From: Heterodontus francisci
Lineage: Eukaryota
Direction: 5' to 3'
DNA: 64,000 nt
Assembly: GCF_036365525.1 (NCBI RefSeq)
Contig: NC_090378.1
Coordinates: 104,972,151 to 105,036,150, forward strand
Shown here: positions 12,407 to 24,288 of the stretch, one piece after another
Numbering within the stretch: the first letter of the stretch is position 1
Layout of the letters: each line of letters starts with the position of its first letter
The notes under the pieces: generated by a model
What the model saw: only the letters and a program-made list of their open reading frames with translations
What the model was told of the DNA's origin: nothing
Database searches by the model: none
Translations under genes and position numbers: made by a program

Positions 12407-14559
12407 GGCTGAATTTTGTGGAGGAGGCGGGACTCCCAGCGCTGGGCTGAAACGGCGGTGTGGTGGGGGGGGGGGGGTACCCCGCCTCTGACTTTTGGTG
12501 CCCCCGCGAAGCGATCCTCCAGTGTTTTGAAGGCTAAGTGTCCCCCATCAGGAACCCCGTCACTTTAAAGATGGGGAACCCGCCTCCAAGAGTGATGGCC
12601 ACTGCTGGTATTGCAGAGGCCTTGGACCCAGGCCCAGCACAGGAACCCCGCACATCAGGTAATTGAGGTAGCTTCACCAGGGCAAGTCCGGAAGGCACCA
12701 GGGAAGGGGGTTTGGGGTGGTGGTCATAACGCCAAGGGGGATAGGGTCCATATAGGTGCATTGTTTCCCAGCTGGGGCCCTCCATGGGCCACAGATTGCC
12801 CATGGAGGTGGGACCCCACCCCCCACCCAAACCTGCAGGGAGGGTTTTTTAAAAATTCATTCATGAGATGTGGGTGTCGCTGGTTACGCCAGCATTTATT
12901 GCCCATCCCTAATTGCCCTTGAGAAGGTGGTGGTGAACCGCCTTCTTGAACCGCTGTAGTCCATGTGAGGTAGGTACACCCACAGTGCTGTTAGGAAGGG
13001 AGTTCCAGGATTTTGACCCAGCGAAAGTAAAGGAACGGCGATATGGTTCCAAGTCAGGATGGTGTGTGGATTGGAGGGGAACTTGCAGGTGATGGTGTTT
13101 CCATGCATCTGCTGCTCTTGTCCTTCGAGGTGGTGGAGGTTGCGTGTTTGGAAGGTGCTGTCTAAGGAGTCTTGGTGCGTTGCTGCAGTGCACCTTGTAG
13201 ATGGTACACACTACTGCCACTGTGCGTCAGTGGTGGAGGGAGTGAATGTTTGTGGATGGTGTGCCAATCAAGCGGGCTGCTTTGTTCTGGATGGTGTCGA
13301 GCTTCTTGAATGTTGTTGGAGCTGAATCCATCCAGGCAAGTGGAGAGTATTCCATCACACTCCTGACTTGTGCATTGTAGGTGGTGGACATGCTTTGGGG
13401 AGTCAGGAGGTGAGTTACTCACCTCAGCATTCCTAGCCTCTGACCTGCTCTTGTAGCCATGGTATTTATATGGCTACTCCAGTTCAGTTTCTGGTCAATG
13501 GTAGCCCCTAAGATGTTGATAGTGGGGGATTCAGTGACGGTAATGCCGTTGAATGTCAAGGGGAGATGGTTAGATTCTCTCTTGTTGGAAATGGTCATTG
13601 CCTGGCACCTGTGTGGCACAAACGTTACTTGCCACTTATCAGCCCAAGCCTGGATATTGTCCAGGTCTTGCTGCATTTCTACACGGACTGCTGCAGTATT
13701 TGAGGAGTCGCGAATGGTGCTGAACATTGTGCAATCGTCAGCGAACATCCCTACTTCTGACCTTAAGATTGAAGGAAGGTCATTGATGAAGCAGCTGAAG
13801 ATGGTTGGGCCCAGGACACTGCCCTAAGGAACTCCTGCAGTGATGTCCTGGAGTTCAGATGATTGACCTCCAACAACCACAGCCATCTTCCTTTGCGCTA
13901 GGTATGACTCCAACCAGCAGAGAGTTTTCTCCCTGATTCCCATTGACTTCAGTTTTGCTAGGGCTCCTTGATACCATACTCGGTCATATGCTTGATGTCA
14001 AGGGCAGTCACTCTCACCTCACCCCTTGAATTCAGCTCTTTTGTCCATGTTTGAACCAAGGCTGTAATGAGGTCAGGAGCTGAGTGGCCCTGGCGGAACC
14101 CAAACTGAGCGTCACTGAGCAGGTTATTGCTAAGCAAGTGCTGCTTGATGGCACTGTTGATGACACCTTCCATCACTTTACTGATGATTGAGAGTAGACT
14201 GATGGGGCGGTAATTGGCCAGGTTGGACTTGTCCTGCTTTTTGTGTACAGGACATACCCGGGCAATTTTCCACATTTTGCCTCATTTTACAAGGTGCCCT
14301 CTCTGTGTGGCGGTGGCACCCCCCCGCTGCTGGTTAGATCCCAGCAGCAGCGGGAAGAGGCTCTTAAATGGCCGTTAATAGGCCACTTAAGGGCCTCAGC
14401 TGGCCTCTGGGCAGGAAGGTTATCGTCTGCCTAACCCACCCCTGGTAAGATCGCTTGGCGATGGGGTGGTGACAGACCATCCGTCCCCCACCGCCCATTG
14501 CAATTCTATGGGCCCCCCTGACTCCGACCTTGCCCCAGGGGTGCCCATAAAATCCGGCC
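12407..14559. mobile_element. GC-rich Harbinger-like MITE containing a LINE fragment
   Basis: Termini ggctgaatttt / aaaatccggcc, flanks ctg / cgg. Halves (12407-~12850, ~14278-14559) are homologous to 50048-50804. Confidence 0.75.
12855..14277 (-). mobile_element. 5'-truncated Zenon-like CR1-clade LINE
   Basis: Minus ORFs WKIARVCPVHKKQDKS..YRPISLLS, MFADDCT, SKSWNSLP...LKGN*, very similar to 36340-37780. Confidence 0.92.
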
Positions 14560-14998
14560 CGGTAGCAGGACATTTAGAAAATCATACTACAATCAAACAG
14601 AGTCAACATGGTTTTATGAAAAGGAAATTGTGTTTGACACATTTATTTGATGATGTAACGAGCAGGGTGGATGAAAGAGAACCAGTAGTGTATTTGGATT
14701 GTCAAAAGGTATTCGATAAGTTGTCACATAAAAGGTTATTGCACAAGATAAGAGCTTGGGTAATATATTAACATGGTCGAGGATTGGTTAACTAACAAAT
14801 AAAAAAAGAGACTTGGGTTAAATGGGTAATTTTTAGGTTTGCATGCTGTAACCAGTGGGATGCCACAGGAATCAGTGCTGGGGCCGCAACTATTTACAAT
14901 CTATATTAATGGCTTGGATGAAGGGACCGAGTGTATTGTAGCCTAATTTATTGATCACAAAGATAAAGAGCAAGGCAAAGTTGTGAGTAGGGCACAAA

Positions 14999-16125
14999 GG
15001 CCCATATTTTATGAGTGCCGCGTTCCCAACAGTCGGACTGGAAGTTGGCGTAACTTCAGCTTCAGCCCTATTTGCCATTTCACACCCGATTTTATCTGTA
15101 AATAAATCATGCGGCGAGGGGCACGGGAGACATGTGGGATCATATGGTGGGGGTCGCCTTTTATTGGTGGAACCCGCCATCACTGGTCCAAGCACCACAA
15201 TTACCACAGTTATAAAACATTCTGTGCTTGCAACTTCTAGGATCATCAGCCTTCCTTTCATTTAGGTGTCTTCAGGTTAACCTAAATTGAAGCTTTTACT
15301 TAATTCAAAATGTTTTTGCCTCCCTTATTTTGTGAAAGTCACCACCAACCTCACATCATTTACTTTCCCTGCAGCAAAAGTCAAATGTCAGCCAGTACCC
15401 TGAATTCGCCCCACAGATCCCCGATGTTGACAGCACTCATCCCTCCCTTTAGACCAATGTCCACTATCTTCTGACTGTAATGCTCCAATCAACCCACCAC
15501 CCACACAGCCGCCCACATCTAGCTTCAGCAGCAGTAGAAAAACATACACATCCTAGACGCTCCGCTCCTGCCTCTCCTGCTCCTCCATGCACCTGTTTGA
15601 CCCCACCTTTCCCGACCTGCATGCCTTGCCCTGATCTTCCATGTAGCCCACCCCACCATACCTTCGCTGCCATCCCCTGAGAAGATTCACCCTTGCTGGT
15701 GCCAAGCCTAGACAGCAACATCCATTCCAATGTGAGCCTGGAGGGAAAAACCCATTCCAACGCTGGCATTAGTTTTGCGAATGAGTTAAAGAGAGAACAG
15801 CAGAGACCTGAGACTCAACTGCACAAATCCGACTGCTACACACCATGGTAAAACAATTGTGAACCAGGTGGCACAGGAATATTGCTTGCCGTTCACTTAA
15901 TGTGGAAGGTAGGACTGAATTGTAACTATGCATAGGACAATGAGTATTCATGTTACTTAAATGAATGCAAAGCTGAAAGACGTCACTGTGCTGGGAGAAC
16001 CCCGGAACATCGACTTAATTTCTCTAAAATATTACACCATTGGGAATCCGAGAAAACAACTCCCGCCTAATTATATGACTCCACACGCTACCAAATCAGC
16101 TTTGGAAAGCCCATAAAATTCCACC
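14999..16125. mobile_element. Harbinger-like non-autonomous DNA element
   Basis: Interrupts CR1 at gcacaa|...|caaagaatctgc (caa duplicated). Right end cccataaaattccacc resembles the other MITE ends; left end is degenerate. Confidence 0.55.
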
Positions 16126-16153
16126 CAAAGAATCTGCAAAGGGATAGAGTTAG

Positions 16154-18062
16154 TATTGCTGAAAATAGAGACATGTTGTCGAAGCTTTTTGTCTTGCACT
16201 CATCAGGACAATCGCAAGGATAACAAATGTAAGGGAAAACAACAACTTAGACTGCATGAGAAGAGAGTGCTGATTGGTTGGCAAGTAAACTCTGATTGGT
16301 AGTGACGTTTCCATGGTGAATGCACCAGTTTTGGTGACTGACAGTTAACTACCATGCTTTGTTTGAAATTTAAACCAAGCAGCTTGACTCTGGTCAAGGT
16401 ATTGCCATGAGGAATGAACCAGCGAATGGCTGTCAATTACTTTGCTCAGATGAAACAGGCTCAATGTTTCTACATATTCTTTCTGTCTGCAAAGAGCAGG
16501 GCCCTGTGTATTAATATATGTCGCTTCCAGTATGCGCCACACTGCGAGCCCTACTGACAATCTTAAATTGGTTGTCAGTGTAATTCTTAGCACACTGAGG
16601 ATTATTTAGCAAATGTTGTCCAATCACAGAATCACATCTAATGTTGGACACTGTGTTTTGAGTTTTGCAAGCACGGACTGGTTGGGTACGGCCTGTACCT
16701 TGACTGTTGTGAACAGCAGAAGGGACATGTTGTTTGATATGATCCGTCAGTCTTTAGGACATAAGGCCTATAAACCTAGCATCATACTGGCATTGAAATT
16801 CATATATCACATTACTCATTTGTGTGACACATCTTAATGGGCTCCATCCTGCTCTCAAATTCACCTTTGAAATGGAGCAGTCAAATGAGCTCCTTTTCAT
16901 TGACGTACTGGTTGAGAAATCTGTTTAGGGGTTCTCTACCACAAACCTACCTTCACTGGTCAATATACATGCATTGGGATTCTTACAGTTCCACGCACTA
17001 TAAGATTGGTCTTATCAGCAACCTCGTAAATAGGGCCTGAGTCATTTGTTCACCATGCAAGCTTGATGCTGAAATAGGGTGAATCAAAGACATCCTGCCT
17101 GACAATGGCTACCCTGATCAGATCATTTCTCACTGTATATCGCGCAAACTTATGAACGTGCCTAAGGCCGTCATTTTCGGCCCTGAAAAATGCCCAGTCG
17201 ACCTCAGATTACCCTGGAAGGGTAATGTACCCCAAAAATGTGAGCAACAGGTGAAGCTAGCTGTTTCGCTCTGCTATTATGCAGTAGCAACACATGTGGT
17301 GTTCGCCACTAAGAGGATGCTGCCATCAAGCCAAAGAGATGCTCTGCCTACCACACAAATGAGTAAATGTGATATATGAATTTCAATGCCAGTATGATGC
17401 TAGGTATCTAGGTCGTATGTCCCAAAGACTGGCAGATCATATCAAACAACATGTCCCTTCTGCTGTTCGCAATGGGCAAGATACAGACTGTACCCAACCA
17501 GCCTGTGCTTGTAAAGCTCAAAACACAGTGTCCAACATTAGATGTGATTCTGTGATTGGACAACATTTGCTAAATAATCCTCAGTGTGCTAAGAATTACA
17601 CTGACAACCATTTTAAGATTGTCAGTAGGGCTCGGAGTGTGGTGCATTTGGGCGTACTGGAAACGACATATATTAATACACAGGGCCCCGTTCTTTGCAG
17701 ACAGAAAGAATCTGCACAAACATTGTGCCTGTTTCAGCTGAGCAAAATAAGTGACAGCCATTCGCTTGTTCATTCCTCATGGCAATACCTTGACCAGAGT
17801 CAAGCTGCCTGGTTTAAATTTCAAACAAAGCATGGTAGTTAACTGTCAGTCACCATAAACTGGTGCATTCACCATGGCAATGCCTCTACCAATCAGAGTT
17901 CACTTGCCAACCAATCAGCACTCTATTCTCATACAGTATAAGTTGTTGTTTTCCCTTACATTTGTTATTCTTGCTGTTATCTTGATGAGTGCAAGACGAA
18001 AAGCTTCGACAACATGTCCCCATTTTCAGCAATACTCAAGTTCTGTACTACTAAACGACTAT
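16154..18062 (+). mobile_element. Penelope-like element (RT thumb + GIY-YIG) with inverted 5' arm
   Basis: Direct part 16827-18062 encodes HLNGLHPALKFTFEMEQ..., YKIGLISNLVNRA, NGYPDQII and IYEFQCQ.DARYLG (GIY-YIG). 16154-16826 is an inverted copy of ~17352-18035. Confidence 0.9.
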
Positions 18063-18673
18063 TTGGATATAGATAGGTGAAGTGGGTGGGCAAAGTTTTG
18101 GTAGATGGAGTATAATGTGGAAAAATGTTTGATTATCCACTTTGGTCGGAAGAATATAAAAACAATATATTATTTAAATGTTGAGAGACTACAGAATGCT
18201 GTGGTACAGAGGGATCTGGGTATCCTTGTGCATGAAACACAAATAGGTAGCATCCAGGTAAAGCAAATGATTAGGAAGGCAAATGTAATGTTGGCCTTTA
18301 TTGCAAGGGGGATGGAATACAAAAGTAGGGAGGTTGTGTTACAACTGTTCAGGGCATTGGCGAGACCACACCTAGAATACTGAGCATAGTTTTGGTCTCC
18401 TTATTTAAGGAGGGATATACTTGCACTGGAGGCAGTTCAGAGAAGGTTCACTAGGTTGATTCCTGGGATGAAAGGGTTGTCTTATGAGGAAAAGGTAGAG
18501 CAGGTTGCAATATACTCAATGGCGTTTAGAAGAATAAGAGGTGATCTTATTGAAATGTATAAGATTCTGAAGGGGCTTGACAGGGCAGATACTGACAGGA
18601 GGTTTCCCCTCATGCTAGGGGGACAGTTTCAGAATAAGGGGTCTCCCATTTAAGACGGAGATGAGGAGGAATT

Positions 18674-18809
18674 CCTGATGAAGGGTCACTGACCTGAAAC
18701 GTTAACTCTGCTTCTCTCTCCACAGATGCTGCCTGACCTGCTGAGTATTTCCAGCATTTCTTGTTTTTATTTCAGATTTCCAGCATCTGCAGTATTTTGC
18801 TTTTATTAT
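18674..18809 (+). mobile_element. Short Penelope-type pLTR with minimal hammerhead ribozyme motif
   Basis: CTGATGA-agggtcactgacct-GAAA-cgttaactc core; 13-bp TSD atgaggaggaatt at 18661-18673 and 18810-18822. Confidence 0.8.
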
Positions 18810-19914
18810 ATGAGGAGGAATTTCTTCTCTCAGAGAATCATTAATCTTTGGAATTCTCTACCCCAGACAGCAGTAGAGGCTGGGTTATTGAATATATTCA
18901 AGGCTGAAATAGACAGATTCTTGAACTATAGGGGACTCAAGGATTATGGGGAACAAGGAGGAAAGTGGAGTTGAGCCAAGATCAGATCAGCCATGATCTT
19001 ATCAAATGCTGGAGAAAGCTCAAGGGACCATTTGGCCTACTCCTGCTCTTATTTCTCGTGCTCTTATTTAACTTCCCCTAAAATGCAATGACACTTTTCA
19101 CCTCAACTACTCCATGTGGTAGCAAGCTCCACATTGTAGCCACTATCCAAGTAAAGAAGTTACTCCTGAACTCCTTATTGGATTTGTTAGTGACTATCTT
19201 ATATTTATGACCCCTAGTTCTGAAAGCCCCACAAGTGGAAATGTCTTCTCTATGTCTATCCTATCAAACCGGTACAACCCCAGTTTTCTTTTTTCTACAA
19301 AAAAGCAACAGCCTGTTCAACCTCTAACACATTGTTGGTGACAGAAAATCAATCATTCCTTTTCTACGCAATATGTCTTCTCCTAAGCTGCCTACCTCTA
19401 TCGAGAATTTCAGATCAACAGGAGGTAAAAGAAAGATGCTACAGGTGTCCAAATACCACCTTTTATTGTATTTAAGGATTATGGAGCAAGTTAGCATGCT
19501 TTCCCTTTTAACACAAGGCACATAAAAATACCCACACTGGCAGATCTCACAGCAGCCCCCGTAGTTCAGAACACACCTCATCAGTAACTTTTGTAAAGCA
19601 CGTCCTTGTGTAGTGCTTTTGTTTTTATTACTGTTCCAAGCGATTTGCTGAATTAATGTTTACGTGGGCTATGGTACAAGGATTTGCAAATTAGCTATTC
19701 TTATCGGTAGTTCCTCGAAATTTTGATCCAAGCAGAACATTTTTTGGCAAACTAGCTAATTGTATATCAGGATGTGACAACACATTCAACCACTGTTTTT
19801 TTCCAGTGCACTTATTTGTATAAAAGTTGGCTGCTAGCATTTCATGGTGAGTGGACACCAAGCCACAGCTCACAGTTCTGCGTGCTTGACAGAAAATATT
19901 TATTTTTCAATTCT

Positions 19915-20220
19915 TTGTTTACTCCTCATTCCTGTGCTCCAATTCTGGCCACTTGCACATTCCCAGTTTTCCACACTCCACCACTGGCAGCCATGTTTTC
20001 AGCTGCCTAGACCCTAAAGCTCTGGAGCTCCCTCCCTAAACTTCTCCACCCTGCATTAAGTCGTTCCTTAAAACCTACCTCCTTGATCAAGATTTTTGTC
20101 ACCTGACTATTAATTCTTTATGTTGCTTGGTATCACATATTGCTTGATAGTACTTTTGTGAAGCACCTTGGAACATTTTACGATGTTAAAGGCACTATAC
20201 AAATGCAAGTGGCTCTTGTT
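19915..20220 (+). mobile_element. L2 LINE 3' end
   Basis: agctctggagctccctccctaaa...cttaaaacctacctccttga...gttaaaggcactatacaaatgcaag terminus, homologous to 46000-46400 on the minus strand. Confidence 0.75.
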
Positions 20221-20244
20221 GAAGGCAATGAGTCATATTTAGAA

Positions 20245-20642
20245 GGGGAGGCGTTGGCGTACTGGTATTGTCACTGGACTAGTAACCCAGAGACCCAGGT
20301 ATTGCTCTGGGGACATAGGTTCGAATCCCACCACAGCAGAAGGTGGAATTTGAATTTCAATTAATAAAATCTGGAGTTTAAAGCTAGTCTAATGATGGCC
20401 ATGAAACCATTGTGGATTGTTGTAAAAGCCCATCTGGTTCACTAATGTCCTTTAGGGAAGGAAATCTGCTGTCCTTACCTGGTCTGGCCTACATGTGACT
20501 CCAGATCCACAGCAATGTGGTTGACTCTTACATGCCCTCGAAATGGCCTAGCAAGCCACTCAGTTCAAGGGCAATTAGGGATGGGCGATAAATGCTGGCC
20601 TGGCCTGCGACGCCCACATCCCATGAATGAATAAAACAAAAA
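20245..20642 (+). mobile_element. tRNA-headed SINE related to the Zenon-like LINE
   Basis: A box tggcgtactgg (20255-20265), B box ggttcgaatcc (20318-20328), body matching the LINE 5'UTR, tail matching the LINE 3' end, A-rich end; TSD-like atttagaa/atttagga. Confidence 0.9.
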
Positions 20643-21144
20643 ATTTAGGATACAGTTCCACAGCTAAGTGACCTATGCTCTGTGAGTGTCTACACAGTCA
20701 GTCAGTTGGACATCGCATCAGCCCAATCCTGTCCTCATATTACATCCTCACACACACACAATCCAGAATCAATCACTGGATACCCATCAAGAGCAGGAAT
20801 CTTGACTAATTCTTCCCTTCTTCAGTCTAGCAAAGCTTCAGGCTAACTGTTGCAGGCAAGTCTACCATTTCCACAGTTAAGCAAACTCAGCACAGCCTTG
20901 GGATCAAACCTGGGACTTTCTGGCCTCTGTATCTTAGCTGTGAATGGGTCAGTGCTGTTACCTAGTGGTACAAAGGAACAACACCTGAGGCAGCGAAAAG
21001 ATTTAAAAAAAGATTCAAAGTCAGGTTAACAACTGCCAGAAATGCATTTCATTTCTCCTCAAATTCAGTTGTTATAGGATAGCTTCTAAAATTTGAGGCC
21101 TGCAAATCCCCTTGGTTTTTTGCTCCACATTAATGCACTACCTG

Positions 21145-21615
21145 AAAAGTATATTCAGTGGTAACTTTGAAAAAGAACTTCAGTTACATGGAAAGACTAG
21201 AGAAGCTGGGATGATTCTCCTTACAGCAAAGCAGGTTAAGGAGAGACTTATTCGAGGTGTTCAAAATTATGAAGGGTTTTGATACAGTAGATAAGGATAA
21301 ATCACTGGCAGGAGGGTTGGTGGCCAGAAAACAGAGATGTAAGGTAACTGGCAAAAGAATCAGAGGGAGATGAGGAGATTTTTTTTTTAAATTTAGCAAT
21401 TTGCACTGATCTAGAATTCACCGCCTGAAAGGGGGTGGACGCAGATCCAGTAATAACTTTCAAAAGGGAATTGGATAAGCACTTGAAAACAAGAAATTTG
21501 CATGGCTATGCAGAAAGAGCAGGGGAGTGAGTCTAATTGGAGAGCTCTTTCAAAGAGCCCACACAGGCACAATGGGCTGAATGGCCTCCTTCTATGTTTT
21601 ATGATTTTATGATTA
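21145..21615 (+). mobile_element. Old CR1 3' fragment(s)
   Basis: agactagagaagctgggatgattctcctt...gggctgaatggcctccttct...ttttatgattttatg. Confidence 0.8.
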
Positions 21616-22329
21616 AAGCATTTGAAATGAATAACGATGAAGTCCCTGGCACTTCTGCTCATTTTTATTTTAAGTAAGAACATTACTTCTCAGTGTCCCA
21701 ACACTAAAGGCCACCTATCCATTCTCTCAGCCAGGAATGCACACACAAGAAAAATACATCTTACAAGGAGGCCAAGAGAGGGCATTAAAAACAATACTTA
21801 GGAACAATAAAGATCAACAAAAGTCCTTTGCAGTCCTTTAAAAAATATCTGCTACTTAGCATACCATATAAAATAGGAATCTGGACATTCAGAGGACCGT
21901 GAATATAATCTTACTCAAAGTCTGTTTTAAATAAGTTGTTTAAATGAGATAGTATATTGGTTGAACTTACTCTGGTTTATTGCAGTTGTTAGCCTGTTTA
22001 AATAAGAGGGTTAAAAGTTGAATTTCACTTGAATGTGTTAAACAGTGAGGTACCAGAATGTTATGGTACTCATTACAATCTAGACAGTTGGTTATGACCT
22101 GCTACATGAATACTGCACAGGATTTTACAGCTTGCACACATTGTGCAGGTTATCAGATGTAATACACATCCAGGAGGGTGTCAGCTAACTCCTACCTCCA
22201 TAAGGATTTGGCTGCTTGCCAGGGAATATCAGGATCAGGATTGATAAGCTAAGTACCCCTGCACAAAATTCATGTGGAAAAGTGATATCTGCACTGTAGG
22301 AAAAATTAAAAATAAAGCCTAATAGAACC

Positions 22330-23360
22330 AGCAGACACATGGCGGATGAAATTTAACGCAGAGAAGTGTGGTGATACAGTTTGGAATGAAGATTTTGGAG
22401 AAGCAATATAAACTACATGGTACAATTTTAAAGGGGTTGCAGGAACAGTGGGACCTGAGGTTCACATACGCAAATCTTTGGAAGTGGCAGGACAAGTTGA
22501 TAAGGTCATTAAAAAGGCATACAGGATCCTTGGCTTTATAAATAGAGGCATAAACTAAGAAAGCAAGGCAGTTATGCTAAACCTTTATAAAAATAGGTTA
22601 GGCCTCAGCTGGAGTATCATGTCCAATTCTGGCTACCACATGTTTGGAAGGATGTCAAGGTCTTGGTGTGGTGCAGAGAATTACGAGAATGGTAGCAGCG
22701 ATGAGGGACTTCAGTTTTGTGGAGAGACTGGAGAAGTTGGAATTGTACTTACAGCACAGAAAGGGAAAAGGAGCTTTAATAGACGTGTTCAAAATCATGA
22801 TCAGCTTTGAAAGTGTAAATAGGGAAGTATCAGTAAGCAGAGAACATAGGTTTAAGGAAATTGGCAAAAGAACCAGAGGTGACATGAAGAGACTTTTTTT
22901 AAAACACGATGAGTTGTCACCATGGGAAAATAGGAATATAGGAACAGGAGCAGGCCATTTAGCCCCACAAGCCTTCTCTGCCATTCGATGAGTTCATGGC
23001 TGGTCTGCGACCGAACTCCACATACCCATCTTTGCTCCATATCTCTTAATGCCTTTGGTTAACAAAATCTATAAATGTCAGATTTAAAATTAAAACTTGG
23101 ATTCGCATCAGTTGCCATATGTGAAAGAGAGTTCCAAACATCTACCACCCTTTATGTCTATGATCTAAATTGAAAGGGTGGTGGATGCAAATTCAAAAGT
23201 TATTTTCCAAAAAGGAATTGGATAAATACTTGACGGGGAAAAAATGCAAGCCTAAGGGGAAAGAGCAGGGAAGTAGAACGAATTGGATAACTCTTTCAAA
23301 AAGCCAGCACAGGCACAATGGGCCAAATGGCCTCCTTCTGTGTTGTATGATTCCATGATA
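22330..23360 (+). mobile_element. Old CR1 3' region with an antisense CR1 tail (~22930-23160) inserted
   Basis: ORF2 C-terminal motifs on + and tail at 23320-23360; ggaatataggaacaggagcaggccatttagccc marks the minus-strand tail. Confidence 0.75.
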
Positions 23361-23419
23361 AGCTAAAGAGTTCAAAATAAACTACATGAACTAATCAAAT
23401 TGGTCAAAAGCAAAAGTAG

Positions 23420-24010
23420 TGGTTGATAAACCAAATGGCTACTTGCTTGGATCCTAGCAATTTAAATTGGACCGCAAAATGGGAATAATGCGTGTTTCAA
23501 ATTTGGGGGCAAATTATTATACATTTTGATAATGCAAAATATTTTTAGAAAGTTAGATGCATTTTCAGGTTTCTGGCAACCAAAGTTGGATGAAGTTACG
23601 CATATTGAATACTCTTCTGGGAGGTACAGTTCCTTGCCCTTTGGTATTGCTTCAGTTCAGGAAGTATATTACAAAAACATTCATATGATCTATGAGCATA
23701 TTGAAGGTGGCGACACATAGATGGATGACATAACAATGTGGGGTTCATCCAAAGAGGAACATGATGATAAGACTTAGGAATGTACTTCAAGTTCCTTTAA
23801 GAGTCAACCTGAAACTAAATAAAGATAAATGTGTATGTGAAAGAACTAAGCCGATCTCTGTTGGTGATGTCATCCTTAAAGTCTCAGCTGCTGTGCATGT
23901 GCCACGTCCACAGTACAAAAAAGACACGCAGAGACTCCACTGTATTGTCAAGTACTTGGATAATTCATGCCAATTATTTTGGAAAAGACTTCACTTCTTG
24001 AAAAACTATT
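23420..24010 (+). pseudogene. Degenerate Ty3/Gypsy reverse transcriptase fragment
   Basis: LDAFSGFWQ..L, GRY..LPFGIAS..EVY, (*)MDDITMWGSSKEEHD, NLKLNKDKC motifs in order, with stops and frameshifts. Confidence 0.8.
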
Positions 24011-24288
24011 CCTACATAATTGGTTCCAAGATGACTTCTGAGAATTCCCAGCCCCTCTCCAAAATGTTTTGCATCTGCTCAGTGATAACCCTTACCTTGA
24101 CATCTGAGAGGCAAGATATCAATTAGGACTTGCAGCTGCAAGTGCCAACTAATATCCTGGACTAGAGAATTCCTTATTACAGCCATGATGTTTCCATGTT
24201 GAACTTGCTCTCCCTTATCAGCTACTAGTTCCATGGTGTTAAAGCATTGCTTCTGGTTGCCCCCTGCATGTATTCAAGAATTGAATAC

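Larger units (their letters stand above)
12345..19070 (+). mobile_element. CR1 LINE (RT to 3' end) broken by four insertions
   Basis: Colinear CR1 pieces at 12345-12406, 14560-14997, 16126-16152, 18064-18673 and 18810-19070 (QSQHGF, VYLDCQKVFDK, QRDLG, RPHLEY, LWNSLP, 3' tail). Confidence 0.85.

Noticed and set aside
15100-15780. Harbinger transposase or Myb/SANT coding remnants
   Set aside because: Only faint resemblance; cannot be supported without a profile search.
20245-20335. tRNA gene (also 38670-38745 and 8355-8419)
   Set aside because: A/B boxes belong to SINE heads continuous with SINE bodies; no complete cloverleaf evident.
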